DNA of 64,000 nucleotides. It comes from Candidatus Multivorans sp. (GTDB taxonomy: Bacteria; Acidobacteriota; Thermoanaerobaculia; Multivoradales; Multivoraceae). The translations under genes were made by a program, and so were the position numbers. How positions within the stretch are numbered: position 1 is the first letter of the stretch; each line of letters begins with the position of its first letter. Shown piece after piece: positions 1 through 8,023 of this stretch. The stretch is taken from the NCBI GenBank assembly GCA_965247095.1, contig OZ251997.1, positions 1,888,001 through 1,952,000 on the forward strand. The letters are read 5' to 3'. The notes beneath the pieces were generated by a model. The model saw only the letters and a list, made by a program, of their open reading frames with translations. It searched no databases and was not told where the DNA came from.

Positions 1-423
1 CACGTTCCGGGGGACCGGACCGCCTTCACCGGCGACATCCTGTTCATCGAGGGCGCGCCGATCATCTGGGCCGGACCGGTTCAGAACTGGATCGACGCCT
101 GCGACCTGCTGCTGAGTTGGGATCTCGAGACGATCGTGCCGGGGCACGGTCCGATCACGGACCGGCGCGGCGTCGAGGCGATGCGCGCCTACCTCCTCTA
201 CATCCGCGACGAGGCGAGGAAGCGCTACGACGCCGGGCTCAGCGCGCAGGAGGCGGCGTTCGACATCGCCCTCGGCGACTTCGAGTCCTGGGGCGACAGC
301 GAGCGGATCGCGATCAACGTGGACTCGCTGTACCGCGAGTTCAGCGGCAGCGGCACCGGCCCGACCGCGATGAAGGAATTGTTCACCCGCATGGCGGAAC
401 TCGCGCAGGCGCGCAGGCGCTAG
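1..423 (+). CDS. MBL-fold metallo-hydrolase, C-terminal part (truncated by window start)
   Basis: Frame 1 is open from base 1: ...AFTGDILF...IVPGHGP..., the MBL-fold GD and PGHG motifs; stop at 421-423. Confidence 0.8.
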   Translation, partial: HVPGDRTAFTGDILFIEGAPIIWAGPVQNWIDACDLLLSWDLETIVPGHGPITDRRGVEAMRAYLLYIRDEARKRYDAGLSAQEAAFDIALGDFESWGDSERIAINVDSLYREFSGSGTGPTAMKELFTRMAELAQARRR

Positions 424-442
424 CGCGGCAGAACGACCGGAG

Positions 443-488
443 GCCGGCGCTTCGCGCCGGATGCGGGCAGGCTGCCCGCGTTCCCAGG
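443..488 (+). repeat. REP-like palindromic repeat, family R1, copy 1
   Basis: GCCGGCGCTTCGCGCCGGATGCGGGCAGGCTGCCCGCGTTCCCAGG; near-identical to the reverse complement of 18986-19031. Confidence 0.7.
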
Positions 489-678
489 TCAGATCGACAT
501 CCTGGTCGCCAACGCCGGGGGCCCGCCGCCGGGCACGCCGGCAACCACGTCGATCGACGGCTACCGCGAGGCGATCGACCTCAACCTGCTGTCGACCATC
601 GTCATGTGCCAGACGGCGCTGCCGGGAATGCGCGATCGCGGCTGGGGACGGATCGTGGCGATCACCTCGATCGGCGCC
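487..678 (+). pseudogene. Internal fragment of an SDR oxidoreductase
   Basis: Frame 1 reads GQIDILVANAGGPPPG...AIDLNLLS...LPGMRDRGWGRIVAITS; no start codon, no GxxxGxG, no YxxxK. Confidence 0.75.
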
Positions 679-706
679 TGCACCGCCACTTCACCTCTGG
701 CGCCAC

Positions 707-744
707 TTGAAACTTCCAGCCTCGTTCGGTTAACCTTGTAACCG
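707..744 (+). promoter_or_regulatory. Putative sigma70 promoter with overlapping inverted repeat upstream of the TonB-dependent receptor
   Basis: TTGAAA...TAACCT; inverted repeat CGGTTA-N6-TAACCG at 727-744; GGAGG RBS before ATG 779. Confidence 0.4.
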
Positions 745-778
745 CAGATCAGCACACAACAGCTTTGGAGGATCGACA

Positions 779-3466
779 ATGAGTCGACATGCAAACCACG
801 CTCTCCCTTGGTTTCTGGCTGTGCTCCTCTGCTGCGCTCTGCCGATGCTGGCCGACGGCCCCCAGACCGGCACCATCGACGGTCGGGTCACTGACGCCGA
901 AGGACTAGGGGTTCCCGGCGTTTCCGTCACCCTCACCGGGCCTCAGCGGACCAGGAACACGATCACCGATGCGGACGGCGGCTACCGGTTTGCCCTCCTC
1001 CAGGCCGGCGACTTCACGATCACGGCCGAACTGGAAGGGCTGGGCAGGGCCGACTTCGCCACGAGCCTGAACCCCGGCCAGCGCCGGGGTATCAACCTCA
1101 CCCTGATCCCGGCCGAGGCGGAAGAGATCACGGTCACCGCCGACGCGGTCCTGATCAGCAAGTACGACACCGGTGTCGTCAGCAGCGCTCGCGCCGAGGT
1201 GGTGGAGAACGTCGCCTACGGCACCCGCAACTACTCCTCGACGCTGCGTCAACTGCCGGGCGTGGTCAGTATCAATGAGGGCGACCACCTGCCGGCGGTG
1301 AACGGCGGACTCTCGACCGAGACCCAGGTCCTGATCGACGGCGTGGACACCAGCAACACGCGCCGCGGCGGCGAGGCGCGGCTCATCATGCCGGCCACGG
1401 CCCTCGCCGAGTCCAGGCTCGAAACCCAGGGCTTCGGCGCCGAGTACGGCCGGGTCATGGGCGGCGTCATCAACTCGACGGTCAAGACCGGCACCAACGA
1501 ACTTCACGGCAACTTCCTGTACATCGGCCAGAACCCGAAGTGGAGGACCTTGAACCAACTGGAACTCGAGCGGCCGGACGACCACACGCCGAGCTTCGAG
1601 GCGTCGCTCGGCGGTCCGATCCGGCGCGAGAAGGCCTGGTTCTTTGCCGCCTGGGCCGACATGACGAACAACCTGCTCGACCAGTTGAAGGACGGCACGG
1701 TCGTCGACAGCAGCCGCACCTCCGAGCCCCGCATCGCCAAGCTGAACTTCCAGCCCAACGACCGCCATCAGCTCGCGGGCACCTGGATCGATTCGCGCGG
1801 CAACGGGATTGCCAACCCGGGCAACTCGGGCGACTTCCTCTCACTCATGGACCGGCCGCTCTACGCCCAACTCGCGACGTTCACCTGGAGCGTCGCCGCG
1901 AGCAGTTCCGTGTTCCTGGAGATGAAGGCCTCCAAGCGCAAGGACCTGTTCCCCCGCAACCTCCTCTTCCCCAAGGAGAGCCTCGATCCCAACGCCTCGC
2001 CCGACGACCCGCCGGGGAACAACTATCGCTACCGTGACCTGCTGACCAACCTGCGCCACAACGGGCCGGCCTCCGGTTCCGGCATCGGCTACAACGACTT
2101 CCCGCGGGACACGGCGAGCGCTTCGGCGAGCATCTTCCGCCGCAACCACGAGGTCAAGTTCGGTATCGACATCCAGGACATCGCGTTCACGAACCTGGGC
2201 AACGTCGGCAAGGAGTTCCGCGGGCGCGGCTACGACCCGAGCCTCCCAGGCGGCTACGAGCGGCCGCAACGGGTGCGCATCTTCGACGACTCCGTCCCCT
2301 CCCACAGCGAGGGGATCGAAGCCGCGCTCTACGCTCAGGACCGCCTCGACATCGGCAACCAATGGAGCCTCCACCTCGGCCTGCGCCTCGACGATCAGAC
2401 GATCAAAAACGATGTCGGGCGCACAGTCGACGACACGCAGGAGTGGGCGCCGCGCGTGACCGCGGTCTACGACGTCAACGCCGACGGCACGCTCCTGTTG
2501 CGGGCGAGCGCCGGTCGCTACTACCAGAACATTCCTCTCGACTTCGCCTACCGCGAGTACAGCGAACTGCCGGCCGGCCAGCAGTCCTACACCGAGTACA
2601 ACTGGAACTCGAGCACACTGCGCTACGACCGGTTCCGGAGGCAGGTCAGGCCGGCGGGCGGCGGCGAGATCCAGCGCGTCGACCACTTCTACAAGGACCA
2701 GGTCGCCCTTGGCCTCGACTGGCAATTCCGTCAGAACTGGGTCTTCCGCTCGAACGCCGTGTGGCACGAGACGGACAACGTCTACTTCGGCAACGAACAG
2801 TTCACCGCCGACGGCACGGGCGTTGAACGGGTGGTTCGCAACTGGCCGGGCGCGTTCCGTGAGTACCAGGGCCTCACCTTCGAGCTGAACCGCAGGTTCC
2901 GCAACAACTGGTCGCTCAACACGAACCTGACCATCGGCGACGCCAAGGGCAACACGGAGAGCGTGAACACGAACTCGAACCTGTTCGAGGGGTTGGGCGG
3001 CATCGAGCTCGGCACCGGCGCTACCGACGCGACGAGCCGCTACCAGGCAGGGCGCATGGGCCACGACATCGACCGGCTGAACATCGTCGCGGTCCGGATC
3101 TTCGAGCTGGGGAATCACCGCCTGAGCCTGGGCGGCTTCTTCTCCGGCAGCAGCGGCCGTTACTTCGGACCGACCCTGGCCACCACGGTCGCCCATCCAA
3201 CCACCGGCGTCGAGATCGACACGGTGACCCGCCTGGCGCCGCGAGACGGCATGCAGCTCGACGACATCTATACGCTCAACGGCTCCGTGGTCTGGTTCTT
3301 CCCGATCCGCGGTTCCATCAAAGGCCAACTCGGCTTCGAGGCCGCCAACCTGACCGACGAGCAGGGCGTACTCTTCGTCAACCCGCGCACGCTGGAACCG
3401 ATCTCGACGGTGACCGCCTGGCAACTGCCACGCGAGTTCCGCCTGAAGGCGGGCTTCCGCTTCTGA
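779..3466 (+). CDS. TonB-dependent receptor (Oar-like) with N-terminal carboxypeptidase-regulatory-like domain
   Basis: Signal peptide; GTIDGRVTD..G..VPGVSVTL; AEYGRVMGGVINSTVKTGTN plug motif; C-terminal RLKAGFRF beta-signal. Confidence 0.9.
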   Translation: MSRHANHALPWFLAVLLCCALPMLADGPQTGTIDGRVTDAEGLGVPGVSVTLTGPQRTRNTITDADGGYRFALLQAGDFTITAELEGLGRADFATSLNPGQRRGINLTLIPAEAEEITVTADAVLISKYDTGVVSSARAEVVENVAYGTRNYSSTLRQLPGVVSINEGDHLPAVNGGLSTETQVLIDGVDTSNTRRGGEARLIMPATALAESRLETQGFGAEYGRVMGGVINSTVKTGTNELHGNFLYIGQNPKWRTLNQLELERPDDHTPSFEASLGGPIRREKAWFFAAWADMTNNLLDQLKDGTVVDSSRTSEPRIAKLNFQPNDRHQLAGTWIDSRGNGIANPGNSGDFLSLMDRPLYAQLATFTWSVAASSSVFLEMKASKRKDLFPRNLLFPKESLDPNASPDDPPGNNYRYRDLLTNLRHNGPASGSGIGYNDFPRDTASASASIFRRNHEVKFGIDIQDIAFTNLGNVGKEFRGRGYDPSLPGGYERPQRVRIFDDSVPSHSEGIEAALYAQDRLDIGNQWSLHLGLRLDDQTIKNDVGRTVDDTQEWAPRVTAVYDVNADGTLLLRASAGRYYQNIPLDFAYREYSELPAGQQSYTEYNWNSSTLRYDRFRRQVRPAGGGEIQRVDHFYKDQVALGLDWQFRQNWVFRSNAVWHETDNVYFGNEQFTADGTGVERVVRNWPGAFREYQGLTFELNRRFRNNWSLNTNLTIGDAKGNTESVNTNSNLFEGLGGIELGTGATDATSRYQAGRMGHDIDRLNIVAVRIFELGNHRLSLGGFFSGSSGRYFGPTLATTVAHPTTGVEIDTVTRLAPRDGMQLDDIYTLNGSVVWFFPIRGSIKGQLGFEAANLTDEQGVLFVNPRTLEPISTVTAWQLPREFRLKAGFRF

Positions 3467-3539
3467 TCGGAAGCCCCCGGTGAAGGCGGGCAGGCCGTTG
3501 CCACGATCGGGGCACGCCGGCAGGGCGAAGGAGAAACGC

Positions 3540-5036
3540 ATGAGAACGTCCGTGACCGCGGTCCTGCTACTCGTCTTCATCTCCTGCACTCCCGCCGCCG
3601 ATCCGCCTTTCCGGCACAACGTCCTGTTCATCGTCGCCGACGACCTGAACGTCGCACTCGGCAGCTACGGCGCCTACCCGACCGCGCGCACGCCGAACCT
3701 GGACCGCCTCGCGGCGGAGGGCATCCGGTTCGAACGGGCCTATGCCCAACACCCGGTCTGCAACCCTTCGCGGGCGTCCTTTCTGAGCGGACTGCGGCCC
3801 GAGACAACGCAGGTGCTCTACAACTTCACGGCGCCGCGCCACGCGATCGGCGATGCCGTCATGTTGCCCGAGTACTTCCGCGAGCAGGGCTATTTCACCG
3901 CCCGGGTCGGCAAGGTGGCGCACGGCCGCTACGAGGACTCGGTCACCTGGGACATCTCCGAGAACGCCCGCCAGCGGGGCAGGGAGAACTATCTTCCCGG
4001 CATCGACCACTCCGAGGTCCGCGACAACTCCTGGACCGAAGGCTCCGAGAACGGCATGTCACGGGCGGACGTCTTCGCACCCCACGGCCGCACCGGCGGT
4101 CTGCCGCTCACCTGGCGAGCGACGGACGAGCGCGAAGAGGACACGCCCGACGGCCGCACGACGCGAAGAGTCATCGAGATCCTCCGCGAGCAGGGGGACC
4201 AGCCGTTCTTCATCGCCGCGGGCTTCCACAAGCCGCACCAGCCCTGGGTGGCGCCCGCCAGCTTCTTCGAGCAACATCGGCTTTCTGAGACCGCGCTGCC
4301 AAGCGAGCCCGACGACGACCGCGACGACATTCCGGCCGCGGCGCTCGTCGGCTACCCGGATGACGCCCGGCACACCGACGACCAGAAGCGGCAGGCGATC
4401 GCGGCCTACCACGCCACGGTCACGCTGATCGACCACCAGGTCGGCCTTCTGCTCGACGCCCTCCGGGAACTCGATCTTTCCGAATCGACGATCGTGGTCT
4501 TCGTCAGCGATCACGGCTTCCACCTGGGTGAGCACGGTGGCCTGTGGCGCAAACAGAGCCAGTTCGAGGAGTCGACGCGGGTTCCGCTGATCGTGCGCGC
4601 GCCCGGCGTCGCGGGCGGCAGATCGACAACGGGACTGGTCGAACTCGTCGACCTCTACCCGACGCTCGCCGACCTCTCCGGTCTACCCGAACCGGCGGGC
4701 CTCGAGGGCACGAGTTTCCGGCCGCTGCTCGATGACCCCGACCGAGACTGGAAGAGTGCGATCTTCTCGCGCTCCGATCGCTTCACGCGGCCCGATCGGC
4801 AACACCTCACCGCCGGGCTCAGCGTTCGAACCGCCCGGTATCGTTACACCGAGTGGACCCCGGTCGAAGGCGGCGGCGACCTGGAGATCGAACTCTACGA
4901 CCTGGAGACGGATTCCAGGGAGTTCAACAACCTGGGCCAGGATCCCGACCACGCCGCCTTGAGGGACCGGCTCGCCCGCGAACTCGAAGCCGGTTGGAGA
5001 GCTGCCCTGCCCTCTGGAATCCAGGCGCCGTCGTGA
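3540..5036 (+). CDS. Cys-type sulfatase (iduronate/choline-sulfatase-like)
   Basis: NVLFIVADDL, CNPSRASFLSG (CxPxR), GKVAH, KPHQP, SDHGFHLGEH; AAGGAG RBS before ATG 3540. Confidence 0.92.
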   Translation: MRTSVTAVLLLVFISCTPAADPPFRHNVLFIVADDLNVALGSYGAYPTARTPNLDRLAAEGIRFERAYAQHPVCNPSRASFLSGLRPETTQVLYNFTAPRHAIGDAVMLPEYFREQGYFTARVGKVAHGRYEDSVTWDISENARQRGRENYLPGIDHSEVRDNSWTEGSENGMSRADVFAPHGRTGGLPLTWRATDEREEDTPDGRTTRRVIEILREQGDQPFFIAAGFHKPHQPWVAPASFFEQHRLSETALPSEPDDDRDDIPAAALVGYPDDARHTDDQKRQAIAAYHATVTLIDHQVGLLLDALRELDLSESTIVVFVSDHGFHLGEHGGLWRKQSQFEESTRVPLIVRAPGVAGGRSTTGLVELVDLYPTLADLSGLPEPAGLEGTSFRPLLDDPDRDWKSAIFSRSDRFTRPDRQHLTAGLSVRTARYRYTEWTPVEGGGDLEIELYDLETDSREFNNLGQDPDHAALRDRLARELEAGWRAALPSGIQAPS

Positions 5037-5063
5037 TGCCGGGCGGCCCTGGTCTCCGATCGA

Positions 5064-5735
5064 TCAGACAGCCGCGGTCTCGAGCGCCGCATCCATAGCG
5101 GCCAGCCGACTCTGGCTCTTGAGCATCTCCTGTTCGAGTCCGGGCCGCGACGCGTCCGTTGCGGCCGCCAACAAGCACAGGCTCACGAGATACTCGACCC
5201 GAGCAGCCGTCTCCTCGCCGTTGATCACACGCCGAGCCCACAGAGACAGCCACACGCCAGCGTGACTGAGAATGACGAGCGCCAACTGCTCGAGGTCGAC
5301 TGAGGGAACCAGGTCGCCCCCGGCCGCGGCCCGGCGGAGTTCACCTGTCAGGTGTGCCCTCGCGACCCTTTCGATCGGTCCGCTCCCCGGGCGGCGCCAC
5401 GGCCCGGGCAGATTGATCGGCCGCGCCAGACCGGCCGGCGACTCCCGGACACCCATCATCAGGTCGACGATCGCTCGAATGCGATCGAAGGGCTCCGTCT
5501 CCTCGAGTGAGCCGATCCGCCGTTCCAGCTTCCGGGCCCCGGATCTGCGCAAAGCCTCGAGGATCTCTTCCTTCGAACCGTAGTAGTTGTACAGGGTGGT
5601 GACATCGAGTCGGGCCTTGCGCGCCAGCTCTCGCATGGTGCAGGCCTCGATGCCCCCGTCCAAGATCAGCTTGGTCGCCGCCTCCAGAATCCGTCGCTTC
5701 CGACGGCGCATGTTGAGTTCTCTTCGGCCAGGCAA
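5064..5735 (-). CDS. TetR/AcrR family transcriptional regulator
   Basis: RILEAATKLILDGGIEACTMRELARKARLDVTTLYNYYGSKEEIL helix-turn-helix; AAGGAG RBS before TTG. Confidence 0.9.
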   Translation of the reverse strand: MPGRRELNMRRRKRRILEAATKLILDGGIEACTMRELARKARLDVTTLYNYYGSKEEILEALRRSGARKLERRIGSLEETEPFDRIRAIVDLMMGVRESPAGLARPINLPGPWRRPGSGPIERVARAHLTGELRRAAAGGDLVPSVDLEQLALVILSHAGVWLSLWARRVINGEETAARVEYLVSLCLLAAATDASRPGLEQEMLKSQSRLAAMDAALETAAV

Positions 5736-5787
5736 GGGCTCTCCTTGTTCTCCGGCGGCACCGTCAGAGCGCCACCGTCCAGTACGG

Positions 5788-6735
5788 TCAGTGCATCGTC
5801 AAAGCGCAACGAAAGCCCATGTGCCCCGTCGCGCTGTCGGGCGTGTTATGCGTACGGGCCGAGACCCGATAGCGGTTGCAGTAGGAAGCGTGGCACAAGT
5901 GGGAACCGCCCCGGATGACCCGGGCAACGCCGGCAGACGGTCCTTTCGGATCACGGGCGCCGGCGGGCGGCAAGCGAGGCGCAAACCAGTCTGCACACCA
6001 CTCCCAGACATTGCCGATCATGTTGTAGAGACCGAGGCCGTTCGGCTCGAAGGCGCCCACCGGGCAGGTGCCCCGGTAGCCGTCGACCCCTTCGTCCCGG
6101 CGCGGAAAGTCCCCCTGCCACACGTTGCAACGGTGCTCGCCGCCCGGTTCGAGCTCATCGCCCCAGGGAAAGTCACTCCCCTCCACGCCGCCCCGAGCCG
6201 CGTGCTCCCACTCGGCCTCGGTCGGCAACCGGCAGCCAGCCCAGGAACAGTAGGCCAGCGCATCGTTGTGCGACACATGGACGACAGGATGGTCGAGCCG
6301 CCGCTCGATCGAGGCGCCCGGCCCTTCGGGGCGGCGCCAGTCCGCGCCGTCGATCCGGCACCACCACAGCGCCGACGGCAGCCGCTCGACGATCCCGTTC
6401 CGCCGCAGCCGGCGCGAGAGACGGCCCTCGAAGACGAAGGACCAACCCAGGCGCTCGCTGTCGGTAACGTATCCCGTCGCCTCGACGAAGTCGGCGAAGT
6501 CGCCGTTCGAGACCGCGAAGACATCGATCGCGAACGGGCCGACTTCGACTTCGCGCGACGGTCGCTCGCCGTCGCCGGGCACCGCCTGGTCCGAGTCCGT
6601 GCCCATCCGAAAACCGCCGCCGTCGAGTCGGACCATCTTCCGCTCAGGCCCGGAAGCAGCATCAGCAGCCGTTGGAACGCCGTGCTCCGGAGCTGGCAAG
6701 GTGACACTGCGGGGCGGCGAACAGCAGGAGTCCAT
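5788..6735 (-). CDS. Formylglycine-generating enzyme (SUMF1/FGE, sulfatase maturation)
   Basis: HPVVHVSHNDA, RLPTEAEWE, GNVWEW, RGGSHLCHASYCNRYRVSAR, GFRC. Confidence 0.92.
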   Translation of the reverse strand: MDSCCSPPRSVTLPAPEHGVPTAADAASGPERKMVRLDGGGFRMGTDSDQAVPGDGERPSREVEVGPFAIDVFAVSNGDFADFVEATGYVTDSERLGWSFVFEGRLSRRLRRNGIVERLPSALWWCRIDGADWRRPEGPGASIERRLDHPVVHVSHNDALAYCSWAGCRLPTEAEWEHAARGGVEGSDFPWGDELEPGGEHRCNVWQGDFPRRDEGVDGYRGTCPVGAFEPNGLGLYNMIGNVWEWCADWFAPRLPPAGARDPKGPSAGVARVIRGGSHLCHASYCNRYRVSARTHNTPDSATGHMGFRCALTMH

Positions 6736-6823
6736 CGGCCGCCGAAGCCTACCGCGGATTCGACAAACTTCCAACTTCGTTTGTGTTGCCGAGAAGACAC
6801 CCGCGGCGGCAATGACGATCGAG

Positions 6824-8023
6824 CTACTGCACGCGCCGGACGTAGCCCCTTCCAGCTCCCCAGAGCGCGACGCAGCCGAGCCACGACATCGCCGCGCCAA
6901 GCGCATAAGCGCCCCGATAGCCGTCTGCCAGATCGTGGGCCCAGCCCAGCAGAAGCGGGCCAAGCGCCACACCCACCGACGCGCACAACGTGCTCACCGA
7001 GTAGATGCGCGCATAGCTCCGGGTGCCGAAGGCCTCGGCAAGCAGCAACGGATGCATCACGAGAAAGCTGCCTATCGTGAGTCCGAACGCCGCGGAAGCG
7101 AAGAGCAGACCCGCTGCGGTCGTGCTCGATCCAAGAACCAACAGGGTGAAGCCCTGAAGGACGAGCAGCACGAGGCTGAAGCCCCGGTACGGAAGACGCG
7201 CGAGCAACGGGCCTGAAGCCAGGCGGCCAACCACGCTTGCCGCGGCCAGGATCGAGACCGCCAGACTGGCAACAGCCGGCTCCTGGAGGCTGACCAGCCT
7301 GAACTGATGGGCGATGCCGCCGACCTGCGCCATCAGCCCGAAGAAGAAGGTGCCGGCGATGCCGGCGAAGTAGCGGGAACGGAACGCCTCACGCGCGTCC
7401 ACTCCCGGATCCTCTCCGCCGTCGAACTCCCCGGCCAGATCCTGCGCGTGCCGCGGCCGTGGCAGCAACCGCCACAGAGCCAGGGGCAGGACGCCCACTA
7501 CATAGGTTGCAGCCAGAATCTCGGTGCCGCGCCGGAGGCCGTGCTCGGCAACGGCCCAGGCCGCGAAGGGCGCCACCAGAATGCCGCCGACCGAGAGACC
7601 CGTGAACACGATCGAGAGCGCGAACGCCCGTCGCCGGGCGAACCAACGGGTGACCAGGGTGCTCGCCGTGAGCAGGTTCGTGGCGGAAAAGCCGATGCCG
7701 AACAGCACGAACGCCGCGTAGACGTGAAGGGTCTCCTCGACGCGGCCGATCGCGACCAGCGATCCGGCACAGACGGCGACGCCCGCGGCGACGGACCAGC
7801 GGGCATCGATCCGCTCGATCAGACTGGCGACCGCCAGACCGGTGAGCCCGCTGGTCGCAAAGAAGAAGGTCGAGGCGAGCGACGCGCCGGCAACCGAGAA
7901 CCCGCGCTCCCGCGTCAGCGCTTCGAGCAGCACCGACTGGTTGTAGAAGCCGAGCCCCGACGAGAACATCATCATCGCGAACAGCGCCCCGACGATCTGC
8001 CAGCGAGTGGAGATCCGGGCCAT
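6824..8023 (-). CDS. MFS transporter
   Basis: About 12 hydrophobic segments from MARISTRWQ; WFARRRAFALSIV motif; ATG overlaps the upstream stop (TGATG). Confidence 0.85.
   Translation of the reverse strand: MARISTRWQIVGALFAMMMFSSGLGFYNQSVLLEALTRERGFSVAGASLASTFFFATSGLTGLAVASLIERIDARWSVAAGVAVCAGSLVAIGRVEETLHVYAAFVLFGIGFSATNLLTASTLVTRWFARRRAFALSIVFTGLSVGGILVAPFAAWAVAEHGLRRGTEILAATYVVGVLPLALWRLLPRPRHAQDLAGEFDGGEDPGVDAREAFRSRYFAGIAGTFFFGLMAQVGGIAHQFRLVSLQEPAVASLAVSILAAASVVGRLASGPLLARLPYRGFSLVLLVLQGFTLLVLGSSTTAAGLLFASAAFGLTIGSFLVMHPLLLAEAFGTRSYARIYSVSTLCASVGVALGPLLLGWAHDLADGYRGAYALGAAMSWLGCVALWGAGRGYVRRVQ

Noticed and set aside
1841-3631. Long antisense and alternative-frame ORFs (e.g. 1841-3631, 8476-10788, 35662-37377, 41773-43389, 46671-48293)
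   Set aside because: Shadows of real genes in high-GC DNA; no motifs, biased R/G/A/V composition.
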